Below, piece after piece: positions 1-10,069 of a stretch of 64,000 nucleotides of DNA. The DNA comes from an uncultured Gemmatimonadales bacterium. GTDB lineage: Bacteria > Gemmatimonadota > Gemmatimonadetes > Gemmatimonadales > GWC2-71-9. The stretch spans positions 26,938 to 90,937 of the forward strand of contig CBFGTB010000001.1 in NCBI GenBank assembly GCA_965651715.1, in the 5' to 3' direction. Under the pieces are notes generated by a model, which worked only from the letters and a program-made list of their open reading frames with translations, was not told the DNA's origin and did not search any database. The stretch's first letter is position 1. Each line of letters starts with the position of its first letter. The translations under genes were made by a program, and so were the position numbers.

Positions 1-443
1 ACGACCTCGCCCCGCGATGTCACCCGGAGGTCGCTGCCCTGAGCAAAGCGTCCCGGCCCCTGCCCCCTCCCACCGACAGTCCAGCGGAGATGACCGTCGG
101 GCTCGAAACGACGCACCGTCATGTCGCCGTAGTCGAACAACACGAATCCGCCGTCGCCGGTGGCGCGCAAATGGATCGGACGCTCCAGCAGCACCCCATC
201 GTCCTCGCCCACCACCCGTGGCTCAACCAGGCGCGACGTGAAATACCGCCGACTCGGCCTCGACTGGGACCGCTGTACTGTCCGAACGGGAGGTTCAGCG
301 ACTGCATCGTGCCGCGCTCCGCCGACAATGGCCGGGGACGCTGCGGAGTCATTGGCCACGTCATGAGTTCCGCCCCCTCCGGCCGCGCCCGGCCGGAGCA
401 GCGCCAGAGCAATCAACGGGATCACTGTCAGGCCGCGGCGCAT
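1..443 (-). CDS. N-terminal fragment (gene runs off the left edge) of a secreted beta-propeller (NHL / 6-bladed-propeller-like) family protein; paralog of the genes at 50584, 51969 and 60661
   Basis: Absent from the ORF track because no stop lies inside the window. Hand translation of the minus strand from ATG 443-441 gives MRRGLTVIPLIALALLRPGAAGGGG (signal-like) ... FEPDGHLRWTVGGRGQGPGRFAQGSDLRVTSRGEV. This carries the same G-x-G-x-GPG-x-F blade motif as the other three paralogs. Confidence 0.55.
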   Translation of the reverse strand, partial: MRRGLTVIPLIALALLRPGAAGGGGTHDVANDSAASPAIVGGARHDAVAEPPVRTVQRSQSRPSRRYFTSRLVEPRVVGEDDGVLLERPIHLRATGDGGFVLFDYGDMTVRRFEPDGHLRWTVGGRGQGPGRFAQGSDLRVTSRGEV

Positions 444-444
444 G

Positions 445-1017
445 TCACTTCCCAAACCGATACGGATACCCCGCCTCGGCCAGCACCTGCAGCACCAGCC
501 CCACCGGCAACCCCATCACCCCGAAGAAGTCGCCCTCGATCTTCTCCACCAGCGCGGCGCCATAGCCCTGGATGCCGTAGGACCCGGCCTTGTCCCGCGG
601 CTCGCCGGTCGCGACATAGTCGCGCAGCAGCGCCGGATCGGCCGGGCGGAAGGTGACAGCGGTGCGGTCATGCGCAACGCGCTCCGTCCCATCAGCCAAC
701 AGACACACCGCCGAGATGACGTGATGGGTCCGTCCCTGCAACCGATTCAGCATCGCCAGGGCGTGATCGTCGTCGGTGGGCTTTTCCAGAATCTGCTCGT
801 CGAGCACCACAATGGTGTCGGCTCCCAACACCAGACGCCCCGGCACGGCCCGCGCCTTGTCCCGCGCCAGCCGCCGCGAATACGCCTCGGGCCGCTCCCG
901 CGGCAGCGGAATCTCCTGCACATCGGCCGGCTGTACGATCGGCGCGAAGCCCAGCATCTCCAGCAACTGCTTGCGCCGCGGCGATGCCGAGGCCAGTACA
1001 ATCGACGGCAGACTCAC
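445..1017 (-). CDS. maf: Maf-like nucleotide pyrophosphatase (septum formation inhibitor family)
   Basis: 190 aa. N-terminal IVLASASPRRKQLL motif, later GAYGIQG-like 'GSYGIQGYG'. GTG start overlaps the dtd stop (GTGA at 1014-1017). Confidence 0.9.
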   Translation of the reverse strand: MSLPSIVLASASPRRKQLLEMLGFAPIVQPADVQEIPLPRERPEAYSRRLARDKARAVPGRLVLGADTIVVLDEQILEKPTDDDHALAMLNRLQGRTHHVISAVCLLADGTERVAHDRTAVTFRPADPALLRDYVATGEPRDKAGSYGIQGYGAALVEKIEGDFFGVMGLPVGLVLQVLAEAGYPYRFGK

Positions 1018-1460
1018 GCGGCCTCCCGTTCGAGCATCAACGTCACCGGACCATCGTTGACCAGTTCCACCGCCATGTCGGTGCCGAAAACGCCCTGCTC
1101 CACCCGATGCCCCCGGGCCTCAAGCGCGGCAATGAACTGCTGATACAACGGAATGGCGGTCTCGGGCCGCGCGGCGCCGATGAACGAGGGGCGGCGGCCG
1201 CGGCTGGCATCGCCATATAAGGTGAACTGCGACACCACCAGCAGCGCGCCTCCGGCATCACCCAGATCGCGGTTCATCAACCCGGCCTCGTCGGGAAACA
1301 GGCGCAGACCCACCACCTTCTCGGCCATCCACTCAACCTGGGCCGATGTGTCGCCCGGGGCAAAGCCGACCAGCAGCAGCAATCCCCGCTCAATCGCGCC
1401 GACTGCGTCGCCCGCAATCCGGACCGTGGCCGAACTGACCCGCTGCACCAAGACCCGCAT
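1014..1460 (-). CDS. dtd: D-aminoacyl-tRNA deacylase
   Basis: 148 aa. MRVLVQRV N-terminus and the SQFTLYGD...GRRPSF signature of DTD. Confidence 0.9.
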   Translation of the reverse strand: MRVLVQRVSSATVRIAGDAVGAIERGLLLLVGFAPGDTSAQVEWMAEKVVGLRLFPDEAGLMNRDLGDAGGALLVVSQFTLYGDASRGRRPSFIGAARPETAIPLYQQFIAALEARGHRVEQGVFGTDMAVELVNDGPVTLMLEREAA

Positions 1461-1575
1461 GTTGGTCCTCTCGATCGCTGGTTGGGAACTCGCAAGATAT
1501 CATACAGTCCTGACCGATTTGAGGCATGGTTGATCCCCGCTCTGTTGCTTGTGGCACCTCAACCGGGAGACCCCC

Positions 1576-2178
1576 ATGTTCCGAGCGCCGCTGTCGCTGT
1601 TGCTGCTGATCCTTCCCGCCGTCCTGCCCGCCCAGTTCGATATCGGCCTCCGCCTTGTCGATCGGCGCAGTTCCGCCCATGCCGACGCCCCCCGTCTGAC
1701 CGACAGCCCCGGCATGAGGCCGCAGCCGGCGCTGGGGGTCGGCGTCGACCTGGGCTGGCAACGCGGCCCGTGGCGCTTCGGCCTGAGCGGGGCGCGCGCC
1801 GGGCACGACCTGGCCGTCGCCGGCGGTGGCAGCGGCGTGTTGAGCGAAGGCCTGCTGCGTTCGACGAGTGTCACGGTCCGCGGAGGTCGAGCGCTGCTGC
1901 GCCGCGGCGGCGGCGAGCTGGCCTGGGCCGTCGGTGTCACCGGCATCCACTGGAGCTTCCCCGGTGTCGAGGAGCCGGCCCGCTGGCGCTGGGGCGCCAC
2001 CGGCCTGCTCGAAGCCACAGCGCCGGTATCGGCACGCTGGCAGGTGGTGAGTCAGCTCGCGGTGACCCGAATGGCCAGCCTGTTTACCGATCAGGAATTG
2101 CCCGAAGGCTACCATCGTCGCGGCGCCATGATGTTCGAGCTCAGCATCGGGCTGCGCTACAGCGGCCACCCCCGCTGA
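1576..2178 (+). CDS. Hypothetical secreted / outer-membrane beta-barrel-like protein
   Basis: ORF 1549..2178. An internal ATG at 1576 is preceded by GGGAGA and gives signal peptide MFRAPLSLLLLILPAVLPAQ. The body is Gly/Ala/Arg-rich with alternating pattern. No family recognised. Confidence 0.5.
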   Translation: MFRAPLSLLLLILPAVLPAQFDIGLRLVDRRSSAHADAPRLTDSPGMRPQPALGVGVDLGWQRGPWRFGLSGARAGHDLAVAGGGSGVLSEGLLRSTSVTVRGGRALLRRGGGELAWAVGVTGIHWSFPGVEEPARWRWGATGLLEATAPVSARWQVVSQLAVTRMASLFTDQELPEGYHRRGAMMFELSIGLRYSGHPR

Positions 2179-2224
2179 CCATGACGCGGCAGCGGGGGAC
2201 GGGGGGTCCGCCTAGATTGCCGTG

Positions 2225-3388
2225 ATGATCTCGCGCTCCCTCGTCACCCCGCTCCTGCTCCTCGCCGGCGCCACCACGGCGGCACCCGCCCAGATGACCA
2301 CCTGGCAGCAGGCCACGGCGGCGATGGACAGGTATGTCGCATCGGACCGGATCGTCGGCAGCGCATTGGTGCTCGTCGATGATGGGCGGATCGTGGCCGA
2401 ACACTACACCGGCTTCGCCGACCGGGAGCGGAATCGCCCGGCCGAGCGCAGCACCATCTGGCATTGGGGATCGATCACCAAAACGCTGACGGCTGTTGAC
2501 CTGATGCAGCTCGACACCGCGGGCAGCGCGGCGTCGCTGCTCGACCAGCCGGCTGTCAGGTTCGTCCCCGAGCTGGAACGAATCCACAGCGACTTCGGCG
2601 GCATGGATCGGGTCACCCTCCGAACCCTGCTGTCGCACTCGTCCGGGCTCCAGGCCGGCACCTGGCCGTGGACCCGGGGCCAGGACTGGGAGCCCTTCGA
2701 GCCCACCGAATGGGCCCAACTTGTCGCGATGATGCCCTACATGAAGTTGGCCTTCGCACCCGGCAGCCGGTACTCATATTCCAATCCGGGCTTCGTCTAT
2801 ATCGCGCGCACGATCCGGGCGATGACCGGCGACCCGTGGCAGGGGCGGATCTACAAAACGCTGTTCGTTCCGCTTGGCATGACTGCCAGTTACTTCGGCG
2901 GGACACCGGTCCAATGGCGCGACCAGCGCTCCCACAACTATGCCATCGACCGCGACGGCGTCCACGATCGCGGTGCCGATTTTGATCCCGGCGTGACAAT
3001 CCCCAACGGCGGCTGGAATGCGCCGGTGAGCGACCTGGCCCGCTGGATCGGCTTTCTCGCCGGTTCGTCAGATTCGGCGCGGCAGGCCGGTTACGACCGG
3101 TTGCTTCCCCGCACCGTGCTTGAGTCGATGTGGCAGCCGGTGGTCCGGGCCAGCGACGAGGAGATGATGGGGTTGTCGTTCTTTCTCCGGCAGCAGGACC
3201 GTCGTCGGCTGGTGGGACATACCGGCACCCAGGCCAACTTTCGCTCCTTCTTCTGGCTCGACCCCGACAGCCACCGCGGCGTGATCGGGGTGGTCAACAC
3301 CAGCAGCGACATCGACGGCGCGGCCTCGGATCGCCGCTACCAGGTCGTGATGGCCGCTGCCCGGGCGGCGCTCCGCAATCCGTCCTGA
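2225..3388 (+). CDS. Serine hydrolase, beta-lactamase (class C-like) / PBP family
   Basis: Signal-like N-terminus, S-x-x-K motif 'GSITKTL' and Y-x-N motif 'YSYSNPGF'. Confidence 0.8.
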   Translation: MISRSLVTPLLLLAGATTAAPAQMTTWQQATAAMDRYVASDRIVGSALVLVDDGRIVAEHYTGFADRERNRPAERSTIWHWGSITKTLTAVDLMQLDTAGSAASLLDQPAVRFVPELERIHSDFGGMDRVTLRTLLSHSSGLQAGTWPWTRGQDWEPFEPTEWAQLVAMMPYMKLAFAPGSRYSYSNPGFVYIARTIRAMTGDPWQGRIYKTLFVPLGMTASYFGGTPVQWRDQRSHNYAIDRDGVHDRGADFDPGVTIPNGGWNAPVSDLARWIGFLAGSSDSARQAGYDRLLPRTVLESMWQPVVRASDEEMMGLSFFLRQQDRRRLVGHTGTQANFRSFFWLDPDSHRGVIGVVNTSSDIDGAASDRRYQVVMAAARAALRNPS

Positions 3389-3406
3389 GCGCCGCCCGCG
3401 CCGCGA

Positions 3407-5233
3407 CTATTCGACGGTGACGCTCTTGGCGAGGTTGCGGGGCTGATCGACATTGCAACCGCGCCGGAGCGCGACGTAATACGAGAAAAGCTGCAGCGGA
3501 ATAATCGTCAGCACCGGTGAGAGCAGGTCCAGCGTTTCGGGGACCGTGAAGGTGGCCTCGGCCAAGGCGCTGATCTCCTCATCGCCGGGATTGGTGATCG
3601 CGATCACCCGCCCGCCGCGCGCCCTGACCTCCTGCACATTCGACACGATCTTGCCATAAATGGCGTCCCGCGGCGCCACCACGATCACCGGCATGTTCTC
3701 GTCGATCAAGGCAATCGGCCCATGCTTCATTTCGGCCGCCGGATACCCCTCGGCGTGGACGTAGGAGATTTCCTTCAGCTTGAGCGCACCCTCGAGCGCG
3801 GTGGGGAAGTTGACCCCGCGCCCCAGGTAGAGCGCGTTCGTCGCGTCGGCGAATTGGTCGGCCAGCTCCTTCACCTCGTCGGCGCGCGACAGAATCTCCT
3901 CGATCTGTCCCGGCAGTCGGGCCAATGCCGCCACCCAGCGCCGGCCGTCGAGCAACGACATCTGCTTGAGCCGGGCGAAACGCAGCGTGATCATCGCCAG
4001 CGCCACCACCTGTGAGGTGAAGGCCTTGGTGCTGGCCACGCCGATCTCGGGACCACAGCGCAGGTAGAGACCACCGTCGACTTCGCGCGCGATGGTCGAC
4101 CCCACCACGTTCACCAGACCAATACTCCGGGCCCCGCGCTGCTTGGCTTCGAGCAGTGCGGCCAGCGTGTCGGCGGTCTCGCCCGACTGCGAGATCGCGA
4201 TTACCAGCGTGTCGTCGTCGACGATCGGGTTGCGGTAGCGGAACTCCGAAGCGTACTCGACCTCGGTCGGCACCCGCGCCAATTCCTCCAGCATGTACTT
4301 GCCGATCAGGCCGGAATGCCATGAGGTGCCGCAGGCGGTGATGATCACCCGCTTGATCGACTTGATCTGCTCGTCGTCGAGCTTGAGACCATACACCCGG
4401 ACATTACCGGTCTCTTCCAGCAGGTGTCCCCGCATAGTGTTTTCGACACTCTCGGGCTGCTCGAAGATTTCCTTGAGCATGAAATGCTCGAAGCCGCCGC
4501 GCTCGATCGTCTCGAGATCCCACTCGATCTCGTTGATCGGCTTGTCCACCCGCCGGGAGCGCAGGGTGCGCACCCGGTAACCGTCCCGGGTCAACACCGC
4601 CATCTCGCCGTTGTCGAGGTAGATCACCCGGCGGGTGTGTTCCACGATGGCCGATTGATCGGAAGCCACCAGGTACTCGCCGTCGCCGATCCCCAGAATG
4701 ATCGGCGAGCCATTGCGGGCGGTGATCAGAGTGCCCGGTTCATCGGTGCTGACGACGCAGATTCCGTAGGCGCCGTCCACGTCGCGCAGCGCCGCCGCGA
4801 CAGCTTCTTCGAGACTGCCCTGATACAGGGCCCCGATCAGATGGGCCAGCACTTCGGTGTCGGTTTCCGAACTGAACTGGTGCCCGCGGGCGATCAACGC
4901 CTGACGCAGATCTGAGGCGTTTTCGATGATGCCGTTATGGATGATTGCGATCCGGCCCGACTGATCGGTGTGCGGATGGGCATTGGGCGTGGTCGGCGCC
5001 CCGTGGGTCGCCCAGCGGGTATGCCCGATGCCGATGGTGCCCCGGGGCAATGCCTCGGCGAGTTCGTCGACCAGCACCGACAACTTGCCGGCCGCCTTGC
5101 GCACCGCCAGACCGTCAGGCGTCAGGACGGCAATCCCGGCCGAGTCATAGCCCCGGTACTCCATCCGCTTGAGGCCGTCCAACAGAATCGGCGCGACATC
5201 CCGCGGTCCCACATATCCGACAATACCGCACAT
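3407..5233 (-). CDS. glmS: Glutamine--fructose-6-phosphate aminotransferase (isomerizing)
   Basis: 608 aa. N-terminal MCGIVGY (Ntn-Cys amidotransferase), two SIS domains, canonical C-terminus ...NLAKSVTVE. Confidence 0.95.
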   Translation of the reverse strand: MCGIVGYVGPRDVAPILLDGLKRMEYRGYDSAGIAVLTPDGLAVRKAAGKLSVLVDELAEALPRGTIGIGHTRWATHGAPTTPNAHPHTDQSGRIAIIHNGIIENASDLRQALIARGHQFSSETDTEVLAHLIGALYQGSLEEAVAAALRDVDGAYGICVVSTDEPGTLITARNGSPIILGIGDGEYLVASDQSAIVEHTRRVIYLDNGEMAVLTRDGYRVRTLRSRRVDKPINEIEWDLETIERGGFEHFMLKEIFEQPESVENTMRGHLLEETGNVRVYGLKLDDEQIKSIKRVIITACGTSWHSGLIGKYMLEELARVPTEVEYASEFRYRNPIVDDDTLVIAISQSGETADTLAALLEAKQRGARSIGLVNVVGSTIAREVDGGLYLRCGPEIGVASTKAFTSQVVALAMITLRFARLKQMSLLDGRRWVAALARLPGQIEEILSRADEVKELADQFADATNALYLGRGVNFPTALEGALKLKEISYVHAEGYPAAEMKHGPIALIDENMPVIVVAPRDAIYGKIVSNVQEVRARGGRVIAITNPGDEEISALAEATFTVPETLDLLSPVLTIIPLQLFSYYVALRRGCNVDQPRNLAKSVTVE

Positions 5234-5257
5234 AGTGTGGTGTACTCCTCTGGCGCC

Positions 5258-6604
5258 TCAGGCGGCGCGTGCCGTTGCGATCAATGCTTCAGCCTCGGGC
5301 CTGGTGGGCGCCTCGGCAATGAGACGAACAATCGGCTCGGTCCCCGACGGCCGCACATGCAACCACCGATCGGACCAGCCGAGCCGCAAACCATCGCGTT
5401 CATCGCGTTCGGCATCAGGAAACGCCGCCCGAAGCGCCGCATAGGTGGCCGGCAGATCACCACCGCGGGGCGCCTTGTCCTTGACGATGACGTAGCGCGG
5501 GGCCGCCGCCACCACCTGCGAGAGCGGCACCTGCTGCTGCGTCAGATATTGCAAGATGAGGGCCGCAGCCAGCGGAGCGTCCCGGCCGACGTGCAGTCCG
5601 GGATACATCACCCCGCCGTTCCCCTCACCACCGATCAGGGCCGATTCGGCAAGAATCGCCCGGGCGACATTGGCCTCGCCCACCGGAGCCCGCAGCAGCG
5701 TGGCCCCGTGAGCATGAGCCGCATCGGCGACGACCAGCGAGGTCGACAGATTCACAACCACCCGGGCCGTTGCCGCCGCCGGCCCCGCCTGAGCCAGCAC
5801 CGCCCGTACCGCCAGGGCCAGGGTGTAGTCCTCGCCGATCGGGGTGCCGGTCTCGTCCACCAGCGCCAGCCGGTCCACGTCGGGATCGACAGCCATCCCC
5901 ACCTGGGCCCCGGTGGAACGCACCAGTTCGCCCAGTTCCGCCAGACTGGCAGGAGTGGGCTCGGGCGGACGGGGGAAGCGGCCGTCGGCCTCCAGATGGA
6001 TACCATGCATCGTCACCCCGAGCCGGTCGAACAGCGCCCGCATCGGCGGACCGCCCGCGCCCCGCACCGAATCCAGCGCCACCACCGGCCTGGCCCGCTG
6101 AATCGCCGCGACATCGATCAGATCGAGAGCCATGATGGCATCGAGATGCCGGGCCACGGCGTCGCCGTCCTCCCGGTGCCTGCCGATCCCGTCCCAGCCC
6201 ACCCGGGTCGGGCCGGCATCGGCCAGGGCCCGGACCCGGGCACCGGCCTCGGCATCGAGAAAGATGCCGTCGGGGCCGACAAACTTGAGAGCGTTCCACT
6301 CGATCGGATTGTGGCTGGCGGTGATGATCAGCCCCGCTCCGGCCCGGTGGTGCTCGACGGCCATCTGCACCGTCGGCGTCGGGACCACCCCGATGTCGAT
6401 CACATCGACGCCCACCGATGCCAGCCCAGCCGCCGCCGCCCCGGCAAACATCGCCCCCGAGGTGCGGGCATCACGACCGATCACCACAGTGGTCCCACCG
6501 GCTTCGCGCACCCATTGTCCCAGGGCCGCCGCATAGCGCGCCACCAGTTCGGGCGTCAGGTCGATGCCCACCAAGCCGCGCATTCCTGACACCGACACCA
6601 TCAT
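5258..6604 (-). CDS. glmM: Phosphoglucosamine mutase / phosphohexomutase
   Basis: ORF 5258..6742, trimmed to the MMVSVSGMRG start at 6604, which clears the upstream gene. Phosphoserine loop 'ITASHNP'. Lies immediately upstream of glmS. Confidence 0.8.
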   Translation of the reverse strand: MMVSVSGMRGLVGIDLTPELVARYAAALGQWVREAGGTTVVIGRDARTSGAMFAGAAAAGLASVGVDVIDIGVVPTPTVQMAVEHHRAGAGLIITASHNPIEWNALKFVGPDGIFLDAEAGARVRALADAGPTRVGWDGIGRHREDGDAVARHLDAIMALDLIDVAAIQRARPVVALDSVRGAGGPPMRALFDRLGVTMHGIHLEADGRFPRPPEPTPASLAELGELVRSTGAQVGMAVDPDVDRLALVDETGTPIGEDYTLALAVRAVLAQAGPAAATARVVVNLSTSLVVADAAHAHGATLLRAPVGEANVARAILAESALIGGEGNGGVMYPGLHVGRDAPLAAALILQYLTQQQVPLSQVVAAAPRYVIVKDKAPRGGDLPATYAALRAAFPDAERDERDGLRLGWSDRWLHVRPSGTEPIVRLIAEAPTRPEAEALIATARAA

Positions 6605-6638
6605 TGTATCCGTCACGTCGTGCGTACGCCTTCCCTGT

Positions 6639-7700
6639 TCAGGGTTGAGAGTCGCCCCACTTCTCGTCTGCATGCACCGCCAGAAACACCTCGACCACCC
6701 GGGCATCGAAGGAATGCCCGGCACAGCGTCGCAATTCCTCAAGCGCCCAGGTCACCGGCTGCTCGGCCCGATAGGATCGGGTGGTGGTCATCGCATCGTA
6801 GGAATCGCTCACCGCCACAATCCGGGCCGCCAGCGGGATCTGCTCGCCCGCCAGCCCGTCAGGAAATCCCGATCCATCCATCCGCTCGTGATGCGATCTC
6901 ACGATCTCCAGCACCAGCGGATGCTCGGCGCGGAGGACCGCCAGCATCTGCTCGCCATCGACGGTGTGGCGCTTGATTTCGTCGAACTCTTCGGCGGTGA
7001 GCCGTCCCGGCTTGTGCAACACCGCATCGCGGGTGCCGATCTTGCCGATGTCATGAAGTTCACCACCCAGGTGCACTTCCTGTACATCGCGTTCGGTCAT
7101 GCCCAGCCGATGCGCTACCGCCCGGGAGTAGCGGGCCACCCGGGTCGAATGGCCCCGGGTATAGCGATCCTTGGCTTCCAGCATCCGGACCGCCATCTGC
7201 ACCTGCCCCAGAAACATTCCCTCATTGCGGCGCGACAACTCCCGCACCTGCTGTTCGAGATCCGACTGATAGGATTGCTGCAAGCGCCGCAGTTCCAACG
7301 CCATGCGCCGCTGGGCAATCGCGCTGGCGGACCGGGCCTGCACTTCACCCGCCAGCACCGGTTTGGCCAGATAGTCCGCGGCACCCAGCTTGAGACAGGA
7401 CACCGCAGTGGCGATGTCGGCGTTGCCGGTCAGCATGATCACGGGAACGTCGGGTTGGACCGTCTGCACCTCACGCAGCAGCCAGGTGCCATCGTGACCC
7501 GGTGGCATGTGCAGGTCGCTGATCACCAGATCGATGCCGGGATCGGGCAGCATCGCCACCGCCGTTTCGGCATCGGGGGATTCGTGGACCGCGTAGCCAC
7601 TGCGTTCAAGCACTCGCCGGAGAGCGCGCCGGACACTGGTGTCGTCATCGACGACCAGGACTGTCATATCCGCGGGTGAGGCTGGATCGCGCGTCGTCAT
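6639..7700 (-). CDS. Response regulator with HD-GYP (c-di-GMP phosphodiesterase-type) output domain
   Basis: N-terminal receiver (VLVVDDD...DLVISDLHMP...K) followed by an HD domain with 'HDIGK' and 'HHERMDGSGFPDGL'. Confidence 0.85.
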   Translation of the reverse strand: MTTRDPASPADMTVLVVDDDTSVRRALRRVLERSGYAVHESPDAETAVAMLPDPGIDLVISDLHMPPGHDGTWLLREVQTVQPDVPVIMLTGNADIATAVSCLKLGAADYLAKPVLAGEVQARSASAIAQRRMALELRRLQQSYQSDLEQQVRELSRRNEGMFLGQVQMAVRMLEAKDRYTRGHSTRVARYSRAVAHRLGMTERDVQEVHLGGELHDIGKIGTRDAVLHKPGRLTAEEFDEIKRHTVDGEQMLAVLRAEHPLVLEIVRSHHERMDGSGFPDGLAGEQIPLAARIVAVSDSYDAMTTTRSYRAEQPVTWALEELRRCAGHSFDARVVEVFLAVHADEKWGDSQP

Positions 7701-7789
7701 GATCGCTCAAAGGTAAGAGGGTCACGCCAATGCTTGCCGGCTCCGAGGGGGGGCTCTATGCTTCCGCCAGCCAGGAGAACAAACTTGCC

Positions 7790-8959
7790 ATGACGAATCG
7801 TCAGACGGAATCCACGCACCACCGCCTCGCGACCACCGCGGTCCACGCCGGCAGCATCGCCGATCCGCTCGCCGGCGCCGTCATGCCGCCGATCTATCAG
7901 ACATCGACCTACATTCAAGACGGGCTCGGCCTTCCGCACAATGGCTACGAATATGCCCGCACCCGCAATCCCACCCGCGAGGCCCTCGAAGCTGCACTCG
8001 CGGCACTCGAAGGCGGCCGCCACGGCTTCGCCTTCGGCTCCGGCCTCGCGGCGCTGGACGTGGTGCTCAAGCTGCTCGCCAGCGGTGATCACGTCGTGGC
8101 CGGCAGCAATCTCTACGGCGGGTCCCATCGGCTGATGGAACGGGTGATGCGCCCGTTCGGCCTCGACTTTGACTTCGTCGACCTGCGTGATCCGACGGCA
8201 CTCGATGCCGCTATCACGCCGGCCACCCGGCTGGTCTATGTCGAAACGCCGACCAACCCGATGATGTTCCTCACCGATCTCGCCCGCGTCGGCGCGATCT
8301 GTCAGGAACGCCAGGTGTTGTTCGTGGTCGACAACACCTTCGCCACGCCGGTGTTGCAGCGCCCCCTCGCGCACGGCGCCGACATCGTCTTGCATTCCAC
8401 CACCAAGTACATCAACGGCCACTCCGACATGGTGGGCGGCGCGCTGGTGACCTCCCGGGACGACCTGGCCGAACGGATCGGATTCCTCCAGAATGCGGCG
8501 GGAGCCATCCCCGGACCTTTCGATTGCTGGCTGGCCCTGCGCGGCCTGCGCACCCTGCCGCTCCGGATGGCACAACACTCCGCCAGCGCGCTCGCCATCG
8601 CCACCTGGCTGACTCAGCGCGGCGATCTGCCTCGGGTCTACTACCCCGGCCTCCCCGACCACCCCCAGCACGAGCTGGCCGTCCGCCAGATGAGCGCCTT
8701 CGGCGGTATGGTCTCGGTCGAGGTCGGCGATCCCGAGCGGGCCCGTCGGCTGGTCGAACGGGTTCGCCTCTTCGCCCTGGCCGAGTCGCTCGGCGGCGTG
8801 GAATCGCTGATCGGACACCCCGCCTCGATGACCCACGCCTCGGTTCCCGTCGCCATGCGCGAGCAGATGGGACTCACCGACTCGTTGGTCCGACTGTCGA
8901 TCGGCATCGAAGACCCCGCCGACCTGATCGCCGACCTGGATCAGGCCCTGGCCGACTGA
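7790..8959 (+). CDS. Cystathionine gamma-synthase / beta-lyase family PLP enzyme
   Basis: ORF 7730..8959; the ATG at 7790 follows AGGAGA. PLP-lysine motif 'STTKYINGHSD' and C-terminal 'LVRLSIGIED'. Confidence 0.85.
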   Translation: MTNRQTESTHHRLATTAVHAGSIADPLAGAVMPPIYQTSTYIQDGLGLPHNGYEYARTRNPTREALEAALAALEGGRHGFAFGSGLAALDVVLKLLASGDHVVAGSNLYGGSHRLMERVMRPFGLDFDFVDLRDPTALDAAITPATRLVYVETPTNPMMFLTDLARVGAICQERQVLFVVDNTFATPVLQRPLAHGADIVLHSTTKYINGHSDMVGGALVTSRDDLAERIGFLQNAAGAIPGPFDCWLALRGLRTLPLRMAQHSASALAIATWLTQRGDLPRVYYPGLPDHPQHELAVRQMSAFGGMVSVEVGDPERARRLVERVRLFALAESLGGVESLIGHPASMTHASVPVAMREQMGLTDSLVRLSIGIEDPADLIADLDQALAD

Positions 8960-9028
8960 CGATGCATCATGAAACAGGAGACCCTCCCCCGCCGTATGGT
9001 CGGATGACACTTCAACCGTGAGATTCCG

Positions 9029-10069
9029 ATGACATCGCTTCCCGCTCCTCGCCCCCGCGTGGCCCTGCCCGACATTGCGCCGGTGGCCTGGGAACATCCG
9101 GCCGATCGGGCCGCCCTGCAGGCGCTCCGCGCGCTGCCCGGTGTCGATGAGATCATTCGCAAGATCCTCGGCGTGCTGGGCGGAGAAGCCGGCATCCGGA
9201 TGCTGTTCCAGGGCAATGCCGTTCGGGTCGGACCGACCCAGTATCCGCTGCTCTGGGGACTCCATATCGAGAACTGTGCCACCTTCGGGTGGACCGAGAT
9301 TCCCGAGTTGTACGTGACCCAGACGCCGGTGTTCAACGCCGGCGCCTACGGGGTGGACCATCCCTTCATCGTGGTCCATTCCTCAGCGCTCGAGATCCTC
9401 GATGCCGACGAGCAGCGGGTGCTGCTGGCCCATGAGCTGGGGCATGTCATCAGCGGGCACGCGCTCTACAGCACCATCGCCGAGATCATGCTGCTGGTTT
9501 CGCTCGGTGTGCTGCCGGTGCTGGCCAGCATCGTGTTGCTGCCGGTGCGGCTGGCCTTCCTGGAGTGGTATCGCAAGTCGGAGCTGTCAGCCGACCGCGC
9601 CGGTCTGTTGGGCAGCCAGGATATGGCGGCGTCGATGCGACTGTTCATGAAGATGGCCGGCGGCGGCAATACGGCAGTGGTGCGCCCGGGCGATCTGAAT
9701 CTTGAGCCGTTCCTGCAGCAGGCGAATGAGTACGCCAGCAACAAGGAGGGGCTCAACGTGATCTGGAAGATTCTCAACACGCTGGCCCTGACGCATCCGA
9801 TGAATGTGGTGCGCGCCGCCGAAATCCAGGTCTGGATTCAGTCGGGTGCGTACGACCGGATCATTGCCGGCGACTATCCCCGCCGCGGCAGCGACGACGC
9901 CACCCGCCCGCTGGGCGATGACGTGCGCGAAGCCGGTGCCTATTACCGGCAGGAGATGAAGGAGGCCGCGGCCAATATCGCCGACGCCGCCAAGCGGGCC
10001 GCCCGTCAGGCCCGCGAGGCGTTCGGCCAGGCGTTCGAGGACCGCGACAAGGGACCGGGTGCCGCGTGA
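9029..10069 (+). CDS. M48-family zinc metallopeptidase
   Basis: HExxH 'HELGHVISGH' followed by hydrophobic helices. 346 aa. Confidence 0.75.
   Translation: MTSLPAPRPRVALPDIAPVAWEHPADRAALQALRALPGVDEIIRKILGVLGGEAGIRMLFQGNAVRVGPTQYPLLWGLHIENCATFGWTEIPELYVTQTPVFNAGAYGVDHPFIVVHSSALEILDADEQRVLLAHELGHVISGHALYSTIAEIMLLVSLGVLPVLASIVLLPVRLAFLEWYRKSELSADRAGLLGSQDMAASMRLFMKMAGGGNTAVVRPGDLNLEPFLQQANEYASNKEGLNVIWKILNTLALTHPMNVVRAAEIQVWIQSGAYDRIIAGDYPRRGSDDATRPLGDDVREAGAYYRQEMKEAAANIADAAKRAARQAREAFGQAFEDRDKGPGAA

Noticed and set aside
4937-6589. 550-aa ORF on the plus strand
   Set aside because: Antisense to glmS/glmM, with the same shadow-ORF composition (runs of R, G, P, H).
7701-7789. Possible SAM-type riboswitch in the 90-nt gap upstream of the cystathionine gamma-synthase-family gene
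   Set aside because: I could not identify any SAM-I or SAM-II conserved core by eye. The gap is also a divergent promoter region shared with the response regulator gene.
7697-9379. 560-aa ORF on the minus strand
   Set aside because: It lies antisense to the well-supported PLP enzyme and M48 peptidase genes. It has an Arg/Gly/His/Asp-rich composition typical of shadow ORFs in high-GC DNA, and no recognisable motif.
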